DNA of 64,000 bases from NCBI RefSeq assembly GCF_009914755.1, contig NC_060946.1; one strand, written 5' to 3'. A program made the position numbers and the translations under genes. The notes beneath the pieces were generated by a model. It saw nothing but the letters and a program-made list of their open reading frames with translations. It was not told the DNA's origin and did not search any database. Source of the stretch: the human T2T-CHM13v2.0 reference genome, Homo sapiens. Positions 1 to 10,815 of this stretch are shown piece by piece. The first letter of the stretch is position 1; each line of letters begins with the position of its first letter.

Positions 1-1865
1 CTCAATGCAGACAGACTCAGGGTTTCTGGTGGTCAAAGCACTAAGCCCCTCGTGCCCCACCTGCCTCTGCCTGCACCTGCCACCCCCTGGCCCCGTGCAG
101 CCATTCCTGGCGACGCCCTCCTCCTGGGTCTTCGTCCGTCTACCTGGTGTCTGCTCTCTGAGGTGCCCCCCAACTTTTCATCAAGTCCCTGCTCCAATTT
201 CAGGAGCTGCCGGTCCCCACCTCTCCGGGTTAGAGACCCCCAACCCCTCCACACACGCACACACAAAGTCCGTTGCCCTGCACTGTCTCCTGCCTAGAGG
301 GTGGGTGCAGAGCTGGGGCCTTTCTGCTGGATGTTCTGAGGCACCGGGGAGTTTGGGGCACTTGAAGGACACTCGTTCCATGTTAATGAAATGAATGAAT
401 CAGTGAACAGAAAGCTGCGCAGCAGAGGCTGCATCTTCCCCCGGCGGGATGCCCTCCCTCAGCCCCCGCCTCCTCAGAGCTCCAGCCCTTGGTGCCTGCA
501 GCCCTGGCAGGGGCCTCCTCAGCACCTTCTCGCTCACTCTTGGTTCTCTCTGAACACACACCACTCCTCCAACGCGTTCACGTCCATCCTGTGCCTCCCC
601 ACAGACAGAAGCTTCCCTATATCCCAGACTCCTGAGACCCAAGTCAGCGCAGAGCAGGTGCTCAGTGGATACCTGCTGCATGCGTGGAATGGGAAGGCCT
701 GTCCTCAAGCCTGCACGGAACGTGATGCAGGCCTGGCTCCTCCACCCTCTGTAGGAACAGGGCAGTGCAATAGTGGGACCAGGGCACCCAGAGCATTTGA
801 CATGGGATGCAGAGACCAGGTGTGTGTCTGGTCTCCTAGAGCTAGGTGGGAATGGGGGATGACTGGGGAAACTGAGGCCCACCCTAGGCTCGCCTCACCC
901 CCTGCTTATAGAGGAGCAAATCTGGCTCAAAGTGCTATCCTCTTACACCCAGTCCAGCCCTCTGTCCTGTTTCTGAAGCAGGTGAACGACCTTCAGGCTG
1001 CAGAGACCCCACTGCACCCACCCCAGCCCCGGCCACAACGATGGGATACAGGGAAGCCCCCTGCAGGCATCTGGGCTCTGACCCAACCAGAGACCAGGCC
1101 ACGGCAGTCAAGGGTAAAGACGGCCCCACCGAGGCCCCGGAGCAGCGTGGACAGGACTCGTCACTTTTTTTCTTGTGCCTCGCCCTGGGGCCAGAGTGGC
1201 CAGCATTGTTTGGTGTGATTTAACTTTATCAGGGGCACCTGGCAGGGAACCCCTGGGAGGGTGATAAAGAGGCAGTTTCCACCCTCAGAGAGCTTGCCCG
1301 CTAACAAAGCCCCAGCAGCCAGGCCACCAGCAGCCCAGTCCTCTGCGGGACTTCAGACTTTTGTCACCCTGGGCTCTGTGCCCCAAACACACCTGGACAA
1401 AGCCCACCCACTGTCCGGGTCGTGGCTACCTAGCAGCAGGGGAGCACGCGTACTAAACGCCAGCAGAGCCACATGCCAGTCCCCTGAACGGACTTTGCTC
1501 AGCACCTCCACCACCCTGGAACCCTTTAGGGAAAGAACAGAGGGTGCTCCCTGGAGGTTGTGGTTCTGCGGGCCACTGTGATCCTAATCAATGCGACCAG
1601 TCCTGTGGGGAAGTCTCATTTAAAATCTTAGCGCCTATTTTGGAGGAATGGCAGAGAGTGACCTAGGAGCGTCACATCCTATCTGGATCCTAAGACACTC
1701 ACAGATGGGGAGGACTGAAGTGCCCGAGGGGCCGGGGGCGCTGCTTACAGAGGGGTCTTAGATTCATCCTGAACCTGTTCCTCACAGCAGAGGATCGGCC
1801 AGTGGAGGAAGAAGCTCTGAAATCACAGTAAACGAAGTTAGCCACCTGCAAAATGGACTCCCCAA

Positions 1866-1914
1866 ACACACATGTGCGCGCGCGCGTGCACACACACACA
1901 CACACACACACACA
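1866..1914. repeat. Compound (CA)n/(CG)n microsatellite, perfectly alternating purine-pyrimidine
   Basis: acacacatgtgcgcgcgcgcgtgca(ca)n, 49 bp of strict R/Y alternation. Confidence 0.95.
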
Positions 1915-2208
1915 ACGTGGAGCACCTCAACATGTGATAGAGATGGGAGGGACCTCAGTAGCCCCAGGCCGACCCCAGAACCTTCTCGGCGCCTACTGTC
2001 TGGTCTTGGCATGCCCATCTGAGGGTGGGCTCCCAGCCCGAGCAGCCTGGGCTTCCCGCTGCACCCCTCGGCTACTCTGGGTTGCTGGTGAACCTCAGCC
2101 CCCGCGTGCAACCCTGCCTGTGAGTGTTTGGCGAGCCTGGCTCAGGAGCATGGCTGTGGCTCATCCCAGGTGCCAGGCTCTGAGTTACAAACCATGGAAC
2201 ATGGAGTC

Positions 2209-2358
2209 AGGTCTGAGAGGGCAGGGGTCTCCCTGACCAGCCCCTGCCCCGTAGCCCAGGGACTGTCATTTCTCAGGAGGAAGGTCTGAGAGGGCAGGGG
2301 TCTCCCTGACCAGCCCCTGCCCTGCAGCCCAGGGACTGTCATCTCTCGGGAGGAAGGT
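2209..2358. repeat. 73-bp tandem duplication (2 copies)
   Basis: aggtctgagagggcaggggtctcc... starts at 2209 and 2282, with a third aggt at 2355; few mismatches. Confidence 0.95.
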
Positions 2359-3403
2359 GTGCATGGCCCCTGAGCTCATCAAGGAAAATCTTTTTCTTTC
2401 AGCATCTTTGCCTTTTTTCCCGTTGGGGTACCCAGCCACCGGCAGGGTCCATCCGCAGGGAAGCAGCTGAGGCTCCTCGCGCCAGATGTAGAACCAAGAT
2501 GACAGAAAGGCCAGACACCGAAAACCCATTTGCATAGTAATTGAAATGTTTTTCCAATTTTTTTTTGAGTTGTTAGAGTTCTGATTCCAGGCTGCAGAAA
2601 GGAAAGGCAGATTCTCATTTTCACTTGGCTTATTCCTGATTTGTACCACTGGGGGTTTTAATTTACAAGTCAAAGTTAATAAATTGAGTATGCACTCGAT
2701 GATTCCAAGCTCCTTCCGACCTCCTTCCCAGCCTGTGAGACCCCGTGGCTCATCTCCTGGGGTTGAGGGGGAATCTCAGTGGACTTTGAAGCTTAGTCTG
2801 CAAGGACCTCTCTCCCAAACCCGAGGGCAGCATCCCTGCCCCCGGGAGCCCCTTCAGGGAGCCCGTGGCCTCTGCCTGCCTTCTCACAGATGGGTTTGGG
2901 TAAAATAAATAAAACATGGATGGATTAGTTCAGAATAAAAAAGGAGGAATCTGGCTCAAGATGTTATCAACAGTAACAACCACCAGGGCTCTGAGCGCCG
3001 TTCATCACTAAGCATGTCCAGTGCTCTATGGCCATTAAAGGAGCCCCCTGGGAGGGAAGGCACCTCGGTTCCAGTCTAGCGAGGGCACTGTGGCCACAGA
3101 GCTGCACGAGGCTGAAGCCCATGTCTGCCCAGAGCCAGCCTCCGTTTCCCAGACCCTGAGGACCACTTTCCCAAAAGGCTCCACTGCTGGTGTGTGTGGG
3201 GGCAGCCTGAGTCAGTGAGCCTGGAAAGTTCTAGGGACATCTGGAGTCCACCTGTCTCCCAAGAGAGGAGTTCCTCATCCCTCTCCAGTGGCTGCTTGAT
3301 AAGTCACTCTCTCTTCCTACACGCTGGGTGAATGTGCTGCTTCTGAAAAGAGAATATTTATTTTTTGAGATAGGGTCTCACGCCCTCCTATGTTGCATCA
3401 TTC

Positions 3404-3476
3404 CTCAGTGCCCAAAACGGTGCCTGGAACAGAGAGGTGCTCCACAGTTATGGAGGAATTGAATGAATGAATGAAA
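3404..3476 (+). mobile_element. L2 3' end fragment
   Basis: cagtgcccaaaacggtgcctggaacagagaggtgctc...tgaatgaatgaatgaa resembles the L2 terminus. Confidence 0.6.
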
Positions 3477-3594
3477 ATTTAAAGAAGAAGGTAGGAGAGG
3501 ATCCATGCAAGGGGCTGGTGGCTTCTCTGCTTCCTGATTCTGTTTCTTCATCCCCTCCTGGACACCTGGGCTCTTACAGAATTGGTTTGTGCAG

Positions 3595-4128
3595 TGTGAA
3601 AGGAAAATCAATCTTGGGACCCTAAAATCACTAAGGTCCACAAAGGGAAAAGTCAAGCTGGGAACTGCTTAGAGCAAACCTGCCTCCCATTGTAGTCCTA
3701 AAAAAGATGGCTACTAAGATAAAAAAGCCACATACCTCCCTCACAAGAAATTTCCTTGTGGACCAAGGACAGACAGAACTCAAAGTCATCCCTCTGTTCA
3801 CTGAGATGAATGCATATCTGCCTCCTTTGGAGAGGCTCATCAGAAACGGAAAAGAATGCAACCATTTGTGTCTTATCTACCTATGACCTGGAAGCCCCTC
3901 CCCGGTTCCAGTTGTCCCACCTTTCTGGACAGAAGCAATGTACATTTTACATATATTGATTGATGTCTCATGTCTCCCTAAAATACATAAAACCAAGCTG
4001 TGCCCCAACCACACTGGGCACATGTGGTCAGGACCTCCTGAGGCTGTGTCATGGGCAGGCACCCTTATCTTTGGCAAAATAAACTTTCTAAATTGACTGA
4101 GACCTATCTCAAATGTTTGGGATTCACA
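3595..4128 (+). mobile_element. ERV1 solo LTR, MER4A-like
   Basis: TG...CA termini; starts tgtgaaaggaaaatcaatcttgggacc as in the recalled MER4A consensus; AATAAA at 4078; exact 4-bp TSD GCAG at 3591-3594 and 4129-4132. Confidence 0.85.
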
Positions 4129-4369
4129 GCAGGGAATGATGGAGGATTGGAAAGTGCCTCGAGGGGAGGAGGGCTGCTCTTTGCTGTGAGGCTCTGTTCG
4201 GGTGCACATTTTGGGAGCTGGCCTGGGGCTTTCCTTTCCTTTGTTTCCGTGGCAGCCAGAGCAAGGTGTGGCCCCTCCCCGTGGAGCTCATGGTGCTGTG
4301 GATAAAGGATATGTAGACAGGCAGTCACAGCCTCCCCACTCTGTGATGGGCAGGGCAGGAAAGTTAGAG

Positions 4370-4550
4370 GGCATGAGGTAGGGTAAGCCCAGGAAGGCTT
4401 CCTGGAGGAGGTGGCACTTTGACCTGAGTGGAGACCAGAGTGAGATTCTGAGAGTTTATCAGGTGGACCCAGGGAGGGGGAGGGAGTGGAAGAGCATCCC
4501 TGATGGGGACTGGCACATACCAAGACTTGGGGCGAGAGCTGCAGGCTAGA
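4370..4550 (-). mobile_element. L2 fragment
   Basis: aggaaggcttcctggaggaggtggcactttgacctgag is a typical antisense L2 segment. Confidence 0.55.
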
Positions 4551-4599
4551 ATCTGGGGGCATCATCTTAGACAGAGTCTTTATACGTCCACACAGAGTT

Positions 4600-4867
4600 C
4601 AAGAAAACTGAGAATAGACTCACATAATCCTGAACATAGGTCAATTTTGAATTCCAGATGGCAAGAATAAAGAGAATGAGGCAGACAGTAATGGCTAAGT
4701 GATTTCCAGAATTGAAGAAAGGCCCAAGTTCTCCAGCTGAAGATGTTCACTGAGTCCTAAATAGGATCATTAAATAGAAATGCACACCTGGGCCCAATGT
4801 TGGACAACAAAAAGGCAAACAAAGCATTTTTAAAGCAAACACAGAGGAAATACAAATTACTACAATA
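4600..4867 (+). mobile_element. Ancient L1 (L1M-type) ORF1 fragment, left of the trinucleotide array
   Basis: aatggctaagtgatttccagaattgaagaaag...gcacacctg...tttaaagcaaacacagaggaaatacaaattac follows L1 ORF1 in order; similar to the L1 ORF1 segments at ~39.7 kb and ~55.0 kb. Confidence 0.6.
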
Positions 4868-5350
4868 AAGAGAGAGGGGAGGAAGGAAGAATAGGAAGAG
4901 AAAGAAGAAGAAATTTAAGAGGAGGAGGAAGAAGAGAAGAAGGAAGAGGAGGAGGAGGAAGAAAAGGAAGAGGAGGAGGAAAAAGAGGAGGAGGCAGAGG
5001 AGGAGAAGGCGGAGGAGGAAGAGGAGGAGGAAGAGGGAGCAGAGGAAGAGGCAGAGGAAGAGGAGGAGGACCCGGCGGAGGAGGCGGAGACGGAGGCGGC
5101 AGAGGAGGAAAAGGAAGCAGAAGAGGAAGAGGAGGAGGACGCGGCGGAGGAGGCAGAGGAGGCGGAGGCGGAGGAGGCGGCGGCGGAGGAGGCGGCGGAG
5201 GAGGAGGCGGAGGAGGCGGAGGCGGAGGAGGCGGAGGCGGAGGCGGCGGCGGAGGAGGCGGCGGCGGAGGAGGCGGCGGCGGAGGAGGCGGCGGCGGCGG
5301 AGGCGGCGGCGGCGGAGGCGGCGGCGGCGGAGGCGGCGGCGGCGGAGGCG

Positions 5351-5383
<33 letters not shown>

Positions 5384-5388
5384 GCGGA

Positions 5389-5420
<32 letters not shown>

Positions 5421-5535
5421 AGGCGGCGGCGGCGGCGGCGGCGGCGGAGGCGGCGGCGGCGGAGGCGGCGGCGGCGGAGGAGGCGGCGGCGGAGGAGGCG
5501 GCGGCGGCGGAGGAGGCGGCGGCGGAGGCGGCGGA

Positions 5536-5576
<41 letters not shown>

Positions 5577-6816
5577 AGGAGGAGGAGGAGGAGGAGGCGG
5601 AGGAGGAGGAGGAGGCGGAGGAGGAGGAGGAGGCGGAGGAGGAGGAGGAGGCGGAGGAGGAGGAGGAGGCGGAGGAGGAGGAGGAGGCGGAGGAGGAGGA
5701 GGCAGAGGAGGCGGAGGAGGAGGAGGAGGCGGCAGAGGAGGAGGCGGAGGAGGCGGAGATGGAGGAGGCAGAGGAGGAAGAGGAAGCAGAAGAAGAGGAA
5801 GAGGAGGAGGACGTGGCGGAGGAGGCGGAGGAGGAGGCGGCGGAGGAGGAGGAGGCGGAGGAGGAGGAGGCGGAGGAGGAGGAGGCGGCGGAGGAGGCGG
5901 CGGAGGAGGCGGCGGAGGAGGCGGCGGAGGAGGCGGCGGAGGAGGAGGAGGCGGCGGAGGAGGAGGAGGCGGCGGAGGAGGCGGAGGAGGCGGCGGAGGA
6001 GGCGGCGGAGGAGGTGGAGGAGGAGGAGGAGGCGGCGGAGGAGGAGGAGGCGGCGGAGGAGGCGGCGGAGGAGGCGGTGGCAGAGGAGGCGGCGGAGGAG
6101 GAGGCGGAGGAGGCAGAGGAGGAAGAGGAAGCAGAATAAGAGGAAGAGGAGGAGGACGAGGCAGAGGAGGCGGAGGCGAAGGAGGCGGCGGCGGAGGAGG
6201 CGGAGGCGGCGGAGGAGGAGGAGGCGGCGGAGGAGGAGGCGGCGGAGGAGGAGGCGGCGGAGGAGGAGGCGGCGGAGGAGGCGGCGGAGGAGGCGGCGGC
6301 GGCGGAGGAGGCGGCGGCGGCGGAGGAGGCGGCGGCGGAGGCGGCGGAGGAGGCGGCGGCGGCGGAGGAGGCGGCGGAGGAGGAGGAGGCGGCGGAGGAG
6401 GAGGAGGCGGCGGAGGAGGAGGAGTCGGCGGAGGAGGAGTCGGCGGAGGAGGAGGAGGCGGAGGAGGAGGAGGCGGAGGAGGAGGAGGCGGAGGAGGAGG
6501 AGGCGGAGGAGGAGGCGGCGGAGGAGGCGGCGGCGGAGGCGGAGGCGGCGGAGGCGGAGGAGGCGGAGGCGGAGGCGGAGGAGGAGGAGGCGGAGGAGGA
6601 GGAGGCGGAGGAGGCGGAGGCGGAGGCGGCGGAGGCGGAGGCGGAGGCGGCGGAGGCGGAGGAGGAGGCGGAGGCGGAGGAGGAGGCGGAGGCGGCAGAG
6701 GAGGAGGAGGAGGAGGCGGCGGCGGAGGCGGCGGCGGAGGAGGCGGAGGAGGAGGAGGAGGCGGAGGAGGAGGCGGAGGAGGAGGAGGCGGCGGCGGCGG
6801 AGGAGGCGGAGGAGGA
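4868..6816 (+). repeat. ~1.95 kb mixed (GGA/GGC)n trinucleotide array with a degenerate GAA/GGA 5' end
   Basis: Read directly; register GG[A/C] kept from 4921 to 6816; longest pure GGC run is 13 units (5536-5574); almost no T on the + strand. Confidence 0.99.
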
Positions 6817-6930
6817 CTGACAATAGCAACAATAACTGGCTGAAAGCCAGCTTTGTAATATCCTCAAACTTCTGAAGGAAAATAATGAAGGCTAGAATCC
6901 TCTACCAAACTAAAACCAATGAACACCCTT
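6817..6930 (+). mobile_element. Continuation of the same L1 ORF1 fragment, right of the array
   Basis: ctgacaatagcaacaata...aagccag...aatatcctcaaacttctgaaggaaaataat...ctagaatcctctaccaaactaaaac matches the L1 ORF1 segment that normally follows the left piece. Confidence 0.6.
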
Positions 6931-6938
6931 TAAGTCTA

Positions 6939-7326
<388 letters not shown>

Positions 7327-7916
7327 CTAATACATCTGTGAGTCCAGGAGCAGCTTTTCTCCTAGCACTCGAACCATGAAAGCAAAATGGCTCCCTCTAT
7401 TTTAGCAGCTGCCATTACTAACAATAAAGTGCTGAATAGAAGTCTGTATAAAAAGAATATTTATAGCACATGTCCTCAAACATGTATCGGGAAATACCAA
7501 TTTATAATAAAAAGTAAATAAGGGTACTATGGTGAAATGTATTATTTAACCCCGGAGCAGCGCACGTCTTCTGCAAGTTAGATTTTGGAGGTGGGGCACG
7601 GTGGCTCATACCTGCAATTCCAGCATTTTAGGAGGTTATTGCCTTTGGAGCTAACACCCCGGTTACTAAGGACTCGGCAGACCCTTCCCTCCTACTGTTC
7701 CCTGGGTCAAGATCATTTTCCCCAGGGTTTTAGGATCATTTTCTAAGAGGCCCAGGAGACTGGATTGAAAATGTAAAAAAAAAAATATTTAAGCACATGT
7801 CTTCAAACATGTATCAGGAAATATTAATTTATAACAAAATTAAACAAGGTTACTATGATGAAATTTACTGTTTAATCCCTGAGCAGCACGTGGTCTTTTA
7901 CAAGTTAAACTTTGGA

Positions 7917-8254
<338 letters not shown>

Positions 8255-8578
8255 TCATAACTGCCTAGAGGAATAGAACACTGCTGTCAAGAGTGGACGG
8301 AAAGGGAGAGAAGCCCTGCCTTGCTCCAGGTCAGCATCCTGGACAGTTCTGCAGCAGCTCTGCGGATGGGAGATGCAGCGGTGACTTGCCAGGGCCGCCA
8401 TGTGTTGCTGTCCGGTGGAAGACAAGCCTGGACTTTGAAATTGTTTTCCCAACAGAAAAGGTCACTGGAAATAAGTGGTGTGTTGTCTCTACTCTGTGAA
8501 ACATACACTCTGATGGGGAAGCGAAGCGCAGAGATGCTCATCTAGTGTATGTGAATTCAATTCTGTTTGCTGCAGAGA

Positions 8579-8772
8579 GGGAGTCAGGGAGACAGGGCGA
8601 GCCAGGGAGAGGGGGGGAGCCGGGGAGAGGTGGGGAGCCAGGGAGAGGTGGGGAGCCGGGGAGAGGTGGGGAGCCGGGGAGAGGTGGGGAGCCGGGGAGA
8701 GGTGGGGAGCCGGGGAGAGAGGGGGAGCCGGGGAGAGGTGGGGAGCCGGGGAGAGGTGGGGAGCCAGGGAGA
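8579..8772 (+). repeat. G-rich 18-bp VNTR, ~10.5 copies
   Basis: Unit gagccggggagaggtggg with ccag and agaggg variants. Confidence 0.95.
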
Positions 8773-9269
8773 GAGAAGCCCCATCCGCCATGCACATGAG
8801 GAGTGCGTGCCACAGAACATGGCACAGGCAAGCCTGAGATGGCCGAGGCCACCAGCAAGACCCCTGGGCTCTCCAGTGTCCCCTGACCAGTGACCCAGCA
8901 GGGGGACAAATGCCTTCGTGGAGGAGGCACGCCGTAGCTTCCTCAACATCCACAAGGAGACAGAAAAATATTCTAGGGTCTTAGCAAACAACTCACCAAC
9001 CCAGGTCAGAGCGACTGTTGAACCGTCCACAGAGTTATTGACATAAAGCCTCATGTACCGCTCTTTATGGGGAATTTAAGGGAATTTCAGGGGTAATTTT
9101 GATTGCTAGCAATTTTCACCTCCTAGATGACTTTAGAACCAGACTCTATACAAGATACAACTCCACTGTAAACAAGTAATTACTGACCAGGATGACACAT
9201 TGGTGACAACAGGATGTTGGAGGCAGAGAAGAAATATAAAGAGGGGTGATTATCTCTGTTTGGGGCTTT

Positions 9270-9770
9270 CAGGGGAAACTTCAGACAGAAGATGAGGTCT
9301 GAATAGAGTTTTAAAACTGAAAAGAAGCTTTTTAGGTAATGAAATGGAGGAGAACGCATTGCAGGCCAAGGACAGAGTTTTGAAAGCACCAACAGGAAGC
9401 TGCGAGGGGTGGCCAGGACCAGAGGTGGCTCGGTATTTATGGAACATTAAGTGTGCGCAGAGCCGTGGGAGAGGAGGGCAGGCAGAACCCCATGCAGCCA
9501 CACCAAGGAGTTCAGACAGCCCCCTCCAGAGGCACACGGAGAAACAGAAGGCTTCTGAGGGAGCAAGGGGGTGACCAGATTTGCATTCCGTAAACATTTT
9601 TATGGCCGCCTGGTAAAGAAAATTATTGAAAGGGCAAGACTTGAAGCAGAGATACACATTAGCAGCTTTGATGGTCTAGGGAGACATGCTGGGCTCCAAA
9701 GCGCAGTCATGGTGGTAGGGATGGTCAGGGAGAGGCGAAGCACATGCACCAGTGACCTTGGGGAGTGGCC
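9270..9770 (-). mobile_element. L2 fragments
   Basis: Purine-rich antisense L2 segments such as cagatttgcattccgtaaacatttt...gcaagacttgaagcagag. Confidence 0.5.
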
Positions 9771-10461
9771 AGACTCCGGTGCACAGGAAGGAGGACCTGG
9801 GGCCAAGGCCTTACATCCTAGGGGCAGAGGGGGCCACTCACCAGCTTGGGCAGCCTGCACTCTCCACCTCCTTAGCTATCACAAAAACAAAGCTGTGCTT
9901 TTTTTTTTAATTGTCTTTTTTTCTAGCTCCTCCAGGGCTGGGACCACACCTTTGACACCCCCCTCTCTATGCTGAGCATTAAGAAGACAAGCTCATGATC
10001 CTGGCAGTGGCCAACATGCCCCTGCTGAATGAGTGCAGAAGCAGATGTGCAAGGAAGGACATGGAGGGATGCTCTGGATTTCTTGACTGGGAAGTGCACC
10101 CTCACCAGGTGTCCCTGGCAGCAGGCTGGCGGACAGTGCCAGTCCAGCCCACATTGGCTCTGAGCCCGCACCTCACAAGACCAGGGAATACTTTGGGAGT
10201 ATGGCCGGCCCCCTCCAAGGCAGCACCAAAGGAAGTAGGAAATGAAAACCCCAAATGGGCAGAGCTCAGGGCAGCACAGCTCATGGTCCCCTTGCTGTTT
10301 AAAAAGGCCTGAGCAGATCCTCCATTGCATGCAACAAGACCCCTGACTAACCCAGGGGTTTACAGGATACCCAGAAGGTAATGTGATTACTGAATAAAGT
10401 GAAAGTTACAAGAGAAGTCGAAGCTAGAGATGTGTAAGCCATCTGCAGGAGAGCTGAGTAA

Positions 10462-10815
10462 TGATGTGGCTGTGTCCCCACCCAAACCTCATCTTGAATT
10501 ATAGTTCCCATAGTCCCCGCATGTCATGGGAGGGATCCAGTGGAAGGTCACTGAATCATGGGAGTGGTTTCCCCCATGCTGTTCTCGTGATAATAAGTCT
10601 CATGAGATCTGATGATTTTATAAACACCTGGCATTTCCGCTGCTGGCACTCATTCTCTCTTGCCGCCCTGTGAAGAGGTGCCTTCTGCCATGATTATAAG
10701 TTTCCTGGGGCCTCCCCAGCCATGTGGAATTGTGAGTCAATTAAACCTCTTTTCTTTACAAATTGCCCAGTCTTGGGTATTTTTCTTCATAGTAGCATGA
10801 GAACAGACTAATACA
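10462..10815 (+). mobile_element. THE1 (C/D-like) MaLR solo LTR
   Basis: tggctgtgtccccacccaaacctcatcttgaatt...gtgagtcaattaaacctcttttc...gaacagactaataca. Confidence 0.9.

Noticed and set aside
391-1218. 275-aa ATG ORF
   Set aside because: No recognisable domain, starts in an L2-like (TGAA)n tail, crosses a MIR-like core, and is of a length expected by chance in GC-rich DNA.
4757-6867. 691-aa Leu/Arg and 650-aa Ser/Ala minus-strand ORFs as genes
   Set aside because: They start at TTG, consist only of the trinucleotide repeat, which cannot contain stops, and are flanked by L1 remnants with no exon structure.
8545-8799. Collagen-like GEPGRG ORF as a collagen exon
   Set aside because: Near-perfect 18-bp nucleotide repeats without synonymous divergence, a GTG start and no neighbouring Gly-X-Y exons.
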